Shown piece after piece: positions 8,218 to 15,547 of a DNA stretch of 16,492 bases; position 1 is the stretch's first letter; each line of letters opens with the position of its first letter. Below the pieces are notes generated by a model. The model was given only the letters and a program-made list of their open reading frames with translations, had not been told where the DNA came from and made no database searches. A program made the translations under genes and the position numbers. The stretch is from Elusimicrobiota bacterium (GTDB taxonomy: Bacteria; Elusimicrobiota; Elusimicrobia; UBA1565): the NCBI GenBank assembly GCA_043819795.1, contig JBDREN010000076.1:1-16492 (forward strand), read 5' to 3'.

Positions 8218-8936
8218 CCGACCGGCTGCCGCTCGTCTGGGCCCTCTATAAGAAGGAGATGCGGGCGAACTTCGACACGCTCACGGCCTACGTGGTCACC
8301 GTCGTCATCCTTCTGATAAGCGGCTACCTGTTCGCGTCCCCGATGTTCCTCCATAACCAGGCGGACCTCTCCGCCTTCGTGGGCGTGACGCCGCTCTTGT
8401 TCCTGTTCTTCATCCCGGCGGTGACCATGCGGCTCTTCGCGGAGGAGTACAAGTCGGGGACGATCGAGATCCTGGCGACTCTCCCCGTGCGGGACGGCGA
8501 GGTTCTGGCCGTGAAGTACCTCGGGGCCCTGAGCCTGATCACGTTCATGCTCGCGGGGACTTTGGTCTATCCCGTCACGCTCTATATCCTGGGCAAGCCG
8601 GACCTTGGGGGGATCTTCGGTTCCTACCTGGGGCTTTGGCTCACCGCGGGCCTTCTGACCGCCGTGGGCGTCTGGGCGTCTTCGCTCACGCGCAACCAGA
8701 TCGTGGCGTTCATCCTGGCGTTCCTCGTCAGCTTCGCTCTGTTCTTGCTGGGAAAGGTCAACGTCTTCATCCCGCCGGCCCTGGGCTCGGTGGCCGACTT
8801 CCTGGGGTTGGACTCCCACTTGGCCAACATCAGCCGCGGGGTCCTCGACACCCGGGACCTGCTCTACTACCTGGGCTTGAGCGGCTTCTTCCTCTACGTC
8901 ACATACCTCAGGGTGAACGCGCGGAGGATCAACTGA
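8214..8936 (+). CDS. ABC-2 permease (GldF-like)
   Basis: Starts at the ATGA overlap with the ATPase stop (MTDRLPLVWALYKKEMR). 240 aa with about 6 TM helices, PAVTMRLFAEEYKSGTIEILATLP, TRNQIVAF and ISRGVLDTRDLLYY. It is the C-terminal part of ORF 7161..8936. Confidence 0.93.
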   Translation: MTDRLPLVWALYKKEMRANFDTLTAYVVTVVILLISGYLFASPMFLHNQADLSAFVGVTPLLFLFFIPAVTMRLFAEEYKSGTIEILATLPVRDGEVLAVKYLGALSLITFMLAGTLVYPVTLYILGKPDLGGIFGSYLGLWLTAGLLTAVGVWASSLTRNQIVAFILAFLVSFALFLLGKVNVFIPPALGSVADFLGLDSHLANISRGVLDTRDLLYYLGLSGFFLYVTYLRVNARRIN

Positions 8937-10684
8937 TGGAAGCCTTGCGCCGCGTCCTGCAATCGATCGGAAGGTGGCTCGTCCGCCTGGCGGGCTCGCG
9001 CGAGAAAGCGGGGGAGCCGGCCTCCAAGCCGGCGGGCCGCCAGGTCGGGCTGCTCTCCACCGCCGCCGTCCTGCTGGCCGGCGGCAGCCTGGTGTTCCTT
9101 TTCCTGCTGTCCAGCCAGTTCTATCTCCGGCTGGACCTGAGCGCGGGGAAGCTCTACTCCCTGAGCCCGGGCTCCAAGCGTCTGCTCCGGGCGCTGGAGG
9201 TCCCGATCGAGATCAGGGCCTACTTCTCCAAGGAGCTGCCTCCACAGTACGCCGCCAGCCGTTCCTACGTCCGGGACCTGCTGGCCGAGTACCGCAGCGC
9301 GTCCGGAGGCAAGGTCCGGGCCCGGTTCATCGATCTGGAGCGGGAAGACGAGGGAAAGCGGGAGGCCATGAAGCACGGGGTGGCGCCCATCCAGTTCAAC
9401 GTCGTCTCAAAGGAGAAATACGAGGTCCGCGAAGGGTTCATGGGGCTGGTGATGCAGCACGCGGACAAAAAGGAGGTCATCCCCGTCGTCGCGGAGACGG
9501 AGGGCCTGGAGTACGACCTCACCTCTCGGATCGTCCGGCTCACCCGCGAGAGGCGGAAGGTCATCGGCATGGTCTCCAGCCACGAGGCGCTCTCGCCCGG
9601 CAAGCTCAACGACCGCGTGCGGGACTTCGTCGAGAGGAACTACGAGCTGCGCGGCATCGACCTGGCGGAGCTTGCGCCGGGAGCGACCATCGCGGCGGAC
9701 GTCTCGGGCCTTCTCCTCCTGGGCCCCATGGAGAAGCTGACCGACGCGCACCTCTACGCCCTGGACCAGTTCCTGCTCTCCGGCAGGCCGCTCGTGGCGG
9801 GGCTGGACACGCGCAAGGTGGACCTGCAGTCCTTCTTCGCGACGGACGTCGACACGGGGCTTCCCGGCTGGCTCGAGCACAACGGCGTCCGCGTCAAGAA
9901 GGAGTACGTGCTGGACCTGCAGAGCCAGAAGGTCTCCCTGGCCCAGCAGCGCGGGTGGTTCACGGTCACGAACATCATCGACTATCCCTATTTCGTGATC
10001 TCCACGGACCTGAGCGACACGCATCCGGTCACGCGGCATCTGGATTCGCTGACGCTGCCCTTCTCCAGCCCCCTCGAGGTCAGCACGCGGACGGCGGCCG
10101 GCGAGGCCCTGGTCCTGGCTCGCTCCTCGCGGGCCAGCTGGCTGAGCTCGGACGGAGGCCGCAGGGGCTTCCAAAGCGTGAACCCCATGCAGAAGCTCTT
10201 CCCGAAACCGGGCGACGCCAAGGGGCCCTACGCCCTGGCGGTCTCGCTCGAGGACTCGTTCACGAGCTACTTCTCGACCGCGGCCGGGAGCGCGCGCCCG
10301 ATCCCTGCCGAGGCGGACGCCGGGGCCTTTCTGGCCGCGAGCCGGGGCAAGAGCCGCCTCCTGGTCGTGGGCACCTCGCGCTTCATCGACCCGCAGATGT
10401 CCCGGCGGGACACGGGACCGGTCTTCCTGCTCAACGTCATCGACTGGCTGGCTCTGGACTCGGAGCTGATCTCCATCCGGTCGAAAGGCGTCGTGTTCCG
10501 GCCGCTGCGCGAGATCCCCGCCGGCTTGAAGAAGACGGTGCGGTGGGGCAACATCCTGGCGCCGGCGGCCCTCGTCATCGGCTTCGGCATGTTCCGCTTC
10601 TACGGGCGCCGCCGCCGGCGCGGCTGGCGCGTCGCCGCTTACTCCCCGTCCCCTTCAGAGCCATATGCAGCCCAAGACGCTTAA
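8936..10684 (+). CDS. GldG-like ABC auxiliary component (ABC_transp_aux/GIFT-type extracytoplasmic domain)
   Basis: Starts at the TGATG overlap with the permease stop. 582 aa: N-terminal TM followed by RLDLSAGKLYSLS, then LEYDLTSRI, LYALDQFLLSG, NVIDWLALDSELISIRSK...RPL and a C-terminal TM with an Arg-rich stop-transfer. Confidence 0.88.
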   Translation: MEALRRVLQSIGRWLVRLAGSREKAGEPASKPAGRQVGLLSTAAVLLAGGSLVFLFLLSSQFYLRLDLSAGKLYSLSPGSKRLLRALEVPIEIRAYFSKELPPQYAASRSYVRDLLAEYRSASGGKVRARFIDLEREDEGKREAMKHGVAPIQFNVVSKEKYEVREGFMGLVMQHADKKEVIPVVAETEGLEYDLTSRIVRLTRERRKVIGMVSSHEALSPGKLNDRVRDFVERNYELRGIDLAELAPGATIAADVSGLLLLGPMEKLTDAHLYALDQFLLSGRPLVAGLDTRKVDLQSFFATDVDTGLPGWLEHNGVRVKKEYVLDLQSQKVSLAQQRGWFTVTNIIDYPYFVISTDLSDTHPVTRHLDSLTLPFSSPLEVSTRTAAGEALVLARSSRASWLSSDGGRRGFQSVNPMQKLFPKPGDAKGPYALAVSLEDSFTSYFSTAAGSARPIPAEADAGAFLAASRGKSRLLVVGTSRFIDPQMSRRDTGPVFLLNVIDWLALDSELISIRSKGVVFRPLREIPAGLKKTVRWGNILAPAALVIGFGMFRFYGRRRRRGWRVAAYSPSPSEPYAAQDA

Positions 10685-11636
10685 GGTCCTCGCCGGCGTG
10701 TTCGTGGCCCTGTGCGCCGTATGGACGCTGGCGCGGGTGGTCCGGCGCTCCGCTCCCCCGGAGCCGCTCCTTTGGAAGGAGGCGAAGCGGGCCCGGCGCA
10801 TCGAGATCCGGAAGCCGGACGCGGCGACCACGCTGGTCAAGGCGGATGCCGGCTGGAGCCTGGAGTCCCCGTTCAAGTTCGCGGCCGACGGGTCCGCGGT
10901 GGAGCAGCTCCTCGAGAAGCTGGCCGCGGCGACCCTCTCCGAGCCGCTCAGCAGCGACCCGCGGCGCCATGCGGATTTTAACGTCGACCGGTCGAGCGCC
11001 CTCCACCTTCAGGGGTTCCCGGAGGGGGGGGAGGGGCCCGGGCTGGACCTCCTCATCGGCCGGCAGGGCGGGGACTACGACTCTTTGTTCGTGAGGCGGC
11101 CAGGGACCGACGAGGTGAGGGAGGCGAGGGGCATCGCCCGCTACCAGATCGACAAAAAGGCGGGGGAGTGGGCGGACAAGCTGGTCTGCGGGATCGGGAC
11201 CGAGAAGGTGACGTCCATCGAGATCCACTCGCCGGGCGGCGTCGTGCGCCTGCAGCGCAAGCAGGACAAGTGGCGCCTGGGCGCCTCCGAGGAGCCGCTT
11301 CCTCCCGAGACCGTGACGGAGCAGGTCGAGCCCATGCTCACCAAGCTCAGCGACCTGAAGGCGGACAGCGTCTCTCCCGAGACGGAGCTGTCCTCAGTCT
11401 TGTTGCGCGGCCTCGCGAAGCCGGAGCTGCGCGTGGTGGTCGGATACCGGGATGAGGCAGGGGACGGCGAGAAGGCGCCGCGGAAGTCTCTGGAGCTCTC
11501 GGTGGGTCCCGAGGACACGGGCTCCCGGTATCCGCTGCGAAAGGCGGGCGTGGACGGCGTGGTCTACCAGATGCCGGGATGGAAGCTGGAGCCCTTCCGA
11601 AAGAAGGCGGGCGACTTCAAAAAGAAGGCGGGCTGA
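10665..11636 (+). CDS. DUF4340-like membrane-anchored protein
   Basis: N-terminal anchor followed by two repeats of the pattern 'I-E-I...L.K/R....W.L', with FAADGSAVEQLLEKL, LLIG and LSVG. It overlaps the GldG-like gene by 20 bp, the usual position of DUF4340 genes in gldAFG-like operons. Confidence 0.8.
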   Translation: MQPKTLKVLAGVFVALCAVWTLARVVRRSAPPEPLLWKEAKRARRIEIRKPDAATTLVKADAGWSLESPFKFAADGSAVEQLLEKLAAATLSEPLSSDPRRHADFNVDRSSALHLQGFPEGGEGPGLDLLIGRQGGDYDSLFVRRPGTDEVREARGIARYQIDKKAGEWADKLVCGIGTEKVTSIEIHSPGGVVRLQRKQDKWRLGASEEPLPPETVTEQVEPMLTKLSDLKADSVSPETELSSVLLRGLAKPELRVVVGYRDEAGDGEKAPRKSLELSVGPEDTGSRYPLRKAGVDGVVYQMPGWKLEPFRKKAGDFKKKAG

Positions 11637-11640
11637 TCCG

Positions 11641-11871
11641 TCAGCCGGGCGCCATCGGACACGGCCCCCCCGCGCACCCTCCGCAGGGTCCGGCCTCATC
11701 CGGTCCGCTCCCTGATCCCGAGCCCGCGTGCGAGGCCACGCCGGGGATGCGGTCCGATTTCTTGACGATCTTGCCCGACTCCTCGTCGTAGACGTAGGTC
11801 CCCGAGATTCCCTCGCCCGACTTCTGGGCCTTTCCCTTCTTTTCCCGGCCTTCGGTTTTGCGCTTCGCCAT
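11641..11871 (-). CDS. Small hypothetical protein with a C-terminal CGGCAGGPC motif
   Basis: 76 aa with a GGAGG Shine-Dalgarno and its own candidate promoter. It fits the gap exactly, ending 4 bp from the DUF4340-like stop. The Gly/Ser linker plus Cys tail resembles the tails of FmdB-family proteins. Confidence 0.7.
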   Translation of the reverse strand: MAKRKTEGREKKGKAQKSGEGISGTYVYDEESGKIVKKSDRIPGVASHAGSGSGSGPDEAGPCGGCAGGPCPMAPG

Positions 11872-11894
11872 GTCCGATCCTCCGTGCCGGTCAT

Positions 11895-11923
11895 ATTGTA
11901 CCCCATCGGGCCTCTTCCGGCCA
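11895..11923 (-). promoter_or_regulatory. Candidate sigma70-type promoter of the 76-aa gene
   Basis: The - strand reads TGGCCG-N17-TACAAT, then a short leader with GGAGG before ATG 11871. Confidence 0.5.
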
Positions 11924-12013
11924 CCTGTCGCGGCCCTCCGCCGCCCGGCGGGCGTCGGGTTCCCTCGCTCCGGAGAGGTGAGGACGCTTCCGATGCGGCC
12001 TCCGCTCGGCCGC

Positions 12014-13096
12014 CTACGGCGCGGCCTGCGTTGTGAATGTCTTTCGCGCCGGGCCCTCGCCGTTGCCGCGAGGGCCTGATCGGCCGCGGCGCGCGACGCG
12101 CTGCCCGCGATGGAGTCCTCGGTCGCCCCGGCGTTGTCTCCACTCGCCTTGTCTTCGGCGGCGCTCTCCGAGGAAGCGCCCCCGGTCTCCCCGGCCCCGC
12201 TCCCAGTTCTCCGGCCTCCGCGGGCGATGCGCGAGGAAGAGTCCTATGCCGCCGCGTCCCTTCCAGGAGCCCTGCCGCCCAGGGCGCTGCCCGCGATGAA
12301 GCCCCTTGTCGCCGAGCGGCCCCTTCCGTCCGTCCTTGCGATGGTATCCCCCGCGGGGCGGCCGGTCGGGTCCGGCGCCGTTTTCGCGACTCTTCCCGCG
12401 CCGCTGCATGCGCTCTCCACGGCGCTGCTTGCGCTCGCCCTTGCGCTGGACGCGCTCGCCGCGCCGCTGACGGCGCTCGCCTTCGCGCTCCATCTTTCTG
12501 CCTTTGTGCTCCAGCCGCTCGGCCGCGCGCTCGCGGCCCTTTTCGCGCAACCGGTCCGCCTTTTCCTGCATCCTCTCGCCCTTATTCTCCAGCTTCTCGC
12601 CGCGGCGCTCCAGGCGCTCGCCTTTGCGCTCGAGGCTCTCGCCCCCGCGTTCGCGGCGCTCGAGCCTGTCGGCCGATCGCTCGCGCGGCTTCTTCTGGCG
12701 CCGTTTCCGGATATCGTCGCGGACCCCCGGATGGTGATCTAGAAAGGAGGCGCGCTCCTCCGGGCTGAGCTCACCCCACTTCTTCTTGAGGACCTTCTTG
12801 CCGAGCTTCGGGTGCTTCTTCAGGAACGCTTTCTTCTCCTTGCGGGAGGCGTTCTCCCACTTGTCCTTGAGGCGTCCGGCGGCCTCGGGGTCTTCGTCGA
12901 GCATCCCGGCCTTTTCGTCCGCCGACTTCCCGTCCCACCCGTCGTAGGACTCCTCCGTATCCACGGATTCTTGGACCTCGTCGGACTCCGCGTCTTTGGG
13001 CTTTGCCTGCGTCGCAGCGGCGTATCCCAAGGCGACAGCCATGATGACGGCCGCCGTCACCGCATGCGTCCGCGTCCCCAAGCTCAGTCTGCCCAT
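12014..13096 (-). CDS. Secreted, highly charged helical-repeat/coiled-coil protein of unknown function
   Basis: AAAGGAGGT Shine-Dalgarno and a signal peptide (AVTAAVIMAVALGYAAATQA). These are followed by an acidic patch, three W-x3-S-x2-E-[KR]-x3-L-x3-P repeats (DUF3106-like), a heptad GER[LMV][EQ]R[KR] array and an Arg/Gly-rich tail. Confidence 0.8.
   Translation of the reverse strand: MGRLSLGTRTHAVTAAVIMAVALGYAAATQAKPKDAESDEVQESVDTEESYDGWDGKSADEKAGMLDEDPEAAGRLKDKWENASRKEKKAFLKKHPKLGKKVLKKKWGELSPEERASFLDHHPGVRDDIRKRRQKKPRERSADRLERRERGGESLERKGERLERRGEKLENKGERMQEKADRLREKGRERAAERLEHKGRKMEREGERRQRRGERVQRKGERKQRRGERMQRRGKSRENGAGPDRPPRGGYHRKDGRKGPLGDKGLHRGQRPGRQGSWKGRGGIGLFLAHRPRRPENWERGRGDRGRFLGERRRRQGEWRQRRGDRGLHRGQRVARRGRSGPRGNGEGPARKTFTTQAAP
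12398..12643 (-). repeat. Degenerate 21-bp coding tandem repeat (heptad GERxxR[KR])
   Basis: GESLERK GERLERR GEKLENK GERMQEK ADRLREK ... AERLEHK GRKMERE GERRQRR GERVQRK GERKQRR GERMQRR. Confidence 0.8.
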
Positions 13097-13167
13097 CGTG
13101 TCCGCACCTCCCTTTCCGGATCGTTTCGGAAGGTCCCCGGCCCGTCCGGCCGCGGCCTCCCTTCATG

Positions 13168-13194
13168 TAGACGACTGGAAGGCGTTTAGGTTTA
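13168..13194 (-). promoter_or_regulatory. ECF-sigma-type promoter facing the secreted repeat protein gene
   Basis: The - strand reads TAAACC-taaacgccttccagt-CGTCTA. This matches the general ECF AAC/CGT consensus and the copy upstream of the sigma gene. Confidence 0.7.
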
Positions 13195-13273
13195 TATGGT
13201 AATTGTGTTTCTGCGGACAGCGGAATCCGAGAAAGGCCCTTGAGATGCCGCCGCGACTCTCGCTCTTGTGGAC

Positions 13274-13300
13274 TAAACCCATGAGGTCTTCCCGCGTCAT
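13274..13300 (+). promoter_or_regulatory. ECF-sigma-type autoregulatory promoter of the sigma/anti-sigma operon
   Basis: TAAACC-catgaggtcttcccg-CGTCAT, ending 18 nt before the sigma TTG start, with GAAAGGAAG Shine-Dalgarno in between. Confidence 0.7.
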
Positions 13301-13318
13301 TAACGAAAGGAAGCGAAC

Positions 13319-13894
13319 TTGACCGTTCAGGACCCGGACCAAGAGCTCGTTGAGCGGGCCAAGCGGGGCGACACCCAGGCTTTCGGCGCCCTCGTGGAGC
13401 GTTATCAACGCCTGTTGACTGCTTTGGCGTTCGGGATGCTGCGCGACGAGGGGAAGACGGAGGACGTGGTCCAGGAGGCTTTTATCTCCGCATGGAAGTC
13501 GCTTCCAGGCTTTCGCGGAGCGGCCAAGTTCAGGAACTGGCTTTGTCGCATCCTGCTCAACAAGGCGCGCTCCGCGCTCCGTTGGGGCCGCCTGCGGAGG
13601 TGGATCAGTCTCGATGAGCCGTCGGGGGAGAAGGAGCGGGCGCTGGAGGGCAGGCTGACGGATGAGTCCGCCGAGGCGGACCCCGAAGGAAGCAGCCTTC
13701 GCGAGGAGCATGGGCGGGCGGTGCGCGATGCCGTCGCGGCGATGCCGTTGCGGCAAAGGACCGCGGTCCTGCTCAGGTCCGGCGGCCTCGACGTCTCGGA
13801 GGTCGCCGAGGCGATGGGCCTGGCCGAGGGTACGGTGAAGGCCCACCTGCATCAGGCGCGGCTCCGCCTGGAGAAGGTCCTGGGGGGACGGTGA
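13319..13894 (+). CDS. ECF-family RNA polymerase sigma factor
   Basis: 191 aa, TTG start. DQELVERAKRGDTQAFGALVERY; region 2 EDVVQEAFISAWKSLPGFRGAAKFRNWLCRILLN; region 4 MPLRQRTAVLL...EVAEAMGLAEGTVKAHLHQAR. Confidence 0.95.
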   Translation: MTVQDPDQELVERAKRGDTQAFGALVERYQRLLTALAFGMLRDEGKTEDVVQEAFISAWKSLPGFRGAAKFRNWLCRILLNKARSALRWGRLRRWISLDEPSGEKERALEGRLTDESAEADPEGSSLREEHGRAVRDAVAAMPLRQRTAVLLRSGGLDVSEVAEAMGLAEGTVKAHLHQARLRLEKVLGGR

Positions 13895-15543
13895 GCGAAC
13901 AGAAGCGCGACGATTTCTGGTCGAAGGTGGGAGACGCCCTGCGGGCGCGTGGTCCCGAGGCCTATTGGGCTTCGCGGCGCGCGCGGATCATGGCGCGCGT
14001 GGGGGACAGGCGCCCTTCGCGCGTGCGCTACTGGGTCGCGGTCCCGGCGCTGGCCGCGGCGGCGCTCACCTTGGTCCTGTTCATGCGCGGTCAACGCCCC
14101 GTCCCGGAGCGGGCGCCGGTGGAGATCGCGCGCGCGCCGGACGAGACAGCTCCTGCTCCGGACGAGACGGCCGCTCCACCCGATGAAGCCGCCCCTCCAC
14201 CGGATGAAACCGCCCCTGCCCCCGGAGAGGAGGGCGCTGAAGAAGAGACGCCCTCGTGGGACGCGCGGATCACGGCATTTGAGGGCGAGGTGACGGTTTT
14301 CGCCAAGGACGAGGAGGAGGGGGTGGCGGCCGTGGCCGACGCTCCCTTGGAGGCGGGCGACCATCTGGAGACGGGCGCCGACGGGCGCGTCGAGCTGGCC
14401 CTGTCGCCCGAGAGCGTGATGGAGTTCGGGCCGAACGCGTCGCTCACCATCGGAAGCCTGGATGAAGAGGATTCCTGGTTCGATTTGGGTCTCGGCACCT
14501 TGGTGGCCAAGCTGCGCTGGCGGATAGAGAGCGGAAGGAACCTGCGGGTGAGGACCCCCACGAGCGTGGCCGCGGTGCGCGGGACCGAGTTCGGGGTGAG
14601 CGTCTCCACCGAAGGCGACACGACGGTCGGCGTCTTCGACGAGGGCAAGGTCGCTGTCTCGGCCGCGGACGACCCGTCGGTGGAGGAGACGCTCATCGAG
14701 GCCCGGCAAGAGGTCATGGTCCCGCGAGCCGCCAAGTTGAAGGCCGAGATGCCCAGGGGACGCGGGTCCCTGCGCGTGCGGAAGCTGGAGCGCCTGCGCG
14801 CCTATCGCGGGCGCGTCAAGCACATCCGCGCCCGCCAAGCCAAGCTTCGCAAGGCCTGGAAGCGGATGAAGCCGGCCCAACGCAGGGAGCTCCGCGCCGA
14901 GATAGGGCGGCGGCATGGGGAGCGGCTCAAGAATCTCTCGCCGGAGAAGCGTAAGCGTCTCAAGCAGCGCCTGCGCCGGCGGCGCCCCGAACTGATGCGC
15001 GGCAAGCTGCCACGCGTCAAACGGGGCCTGCGCGGCCAGGGTCCGGGCATCGGGCCCGGGCAGCGGGGGCGAGGGAAGAAGCCCGGCATGCGGCGCGGCG
15101 AGCGTGGACGCGGCAAGGACCCGGGCGTGAGGCGGGGCGGGCGCAATCGTGGCCAGGATCCCCGCGCGGGACCCGGCCAGCGCGGTCCCGGGAAAGGCCC
15201 GGGCACGAAGCGCGGCGAGCGCGGGCGCGGTCAGGGTCCGGGCATGAGAGGCGGCGAACGCGGACGCGAGAAAAGCGCCGGCGCGAAACCCGGCGAGCGT
15301 GGACGCGGAAAGGAGTCCGGCGTGCGACCGGGCAAGCCCGGCCGTGAGCAAGGCCCGGGCACGAAGCGCGGCGAGCGGGGACGCGGAAAGGAGTCCGGCG
15401 TGCGACCGGGCAAGCCCGGCCGTGAGCAAGGCCCGGGCACGAAGCGCGGCGAGCGCGGGGATCGGCCCCGGCGTCAGAGGCCCCGGAGGAGCCAACGCGG
15501 CTCCGGAAAGCCGCGCGGCGGTCCGGGCCCGGGCGGACCGTAG
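13891..15543 (+). CDS. Putative single-pass anti-sigma factor with FecR-like domain and long Arg/Gly/Pro repeat tail
   Basis: GTGA overlap with the sigma stop. A short cytoplasmic N-terminus precedes a TM helix (YWVAVPALAAAALTLVLFM) and a Pro/Glu linker. The FecR-like domain reads LEAGDHLETGADGRVEL...LRVRTPTSVAAVRGTEFGV...VGVFDEGKVAV. A basic helical segment and a repeat tail follow. Confidence 0.85.
   Translation: MSEQKRDDFWSKVGDALRARGPEAYWASRRARIMARVGDRRPSRVRYWVAVPALAAAALTLVLFMRGQRPVPERAPVEIARAPDETAPAPDETAAPPDEAAPPPDETAPAPGEEGAEEETPSWDARITAFEGEVTVFAKDEEEGVAAVADAPLEAGDHLETGADGRVELALSPESVMEFGPNASLTIGSLDEEDSWFDLGLGTLVAKLRWRIESGRNLRVRTPTSVAAVRGTEFGVSVSTEGDTTVGVFDEGKVAVSAADDPSVEETLIEARQEVMVPRAAKLKAEMPRGRGSLRVRKLERLRAYRGRVKHIRARQAKLRKAWKRMKPAQRRELRAEIGRRHGERLKNLSPEKRKRLKQRLRRRRPELMRGKLPRVKRGLRGQGPGIGPGQRGRGKKPGMRRGERGRGKDPGVRRGGRNRGQDPRAGPGQRGPGKGPGTKRGERGRGQGPGMRGGERGREKSAGAKPGERGRGKESGVRPGKPGREQGPGTKRGERGRGKESGVRPGKPGREQGPGTKRGERGDRPRRQRPRRSQRGSGKPRGGPGPGGP
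14134..14217 (+). repeat. 4 x 21-bp coding tandem repeat ([AP]PDE[TA]A[PA]) linker
   Basis: APDETAP APDETAA PPDEAAP PPDETAP, between the TM helix and the FecR-like domain. Confidence 0.85.
15040..15468 (+). repeat. About 11 x 39-bp degenerate coding repeat containing a near-perfect 78-bp duplication (15292-15369 / 15370-15447)
   Basis: 13-aa units such as GPGIGPGQRGRGK, KPGMRRGERGRGK, GPGTKRGERGRGQ and ESGVRPGKPGREQ. The two 78-bp copies differ at one synonymous position (CGT/CGG). Confidence 0.9.
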
Positions 15544-15547
15544 CGCG

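Noticed and set aside
8974..11094. 706-aa alternate-frame ORF, and the 8636 start for the GldG-like gene
   Set aside because: Both are Arg/Gly/Pro/Ala-rich off-frame reads over bona fide genes. The GldG-like start fits the TGATG coupling at 8936.
13104..13133. Hairpin near the Shine-Dalgarno of the secreted protein gene as an RNA thermometer
   Set aside because: The stem is short and bulged and covers only part of the Shine-Dalgarno. Such stems are expected by chance at this GC content.
15040..15468. Tandem repeats as a possible CRISPR array or collagen-like domain
   Set aside because: The units are in-frame coding repeats with no unique spacers and no cas genes. The 13-aa period breaks a continuous Gly-X-Y register.
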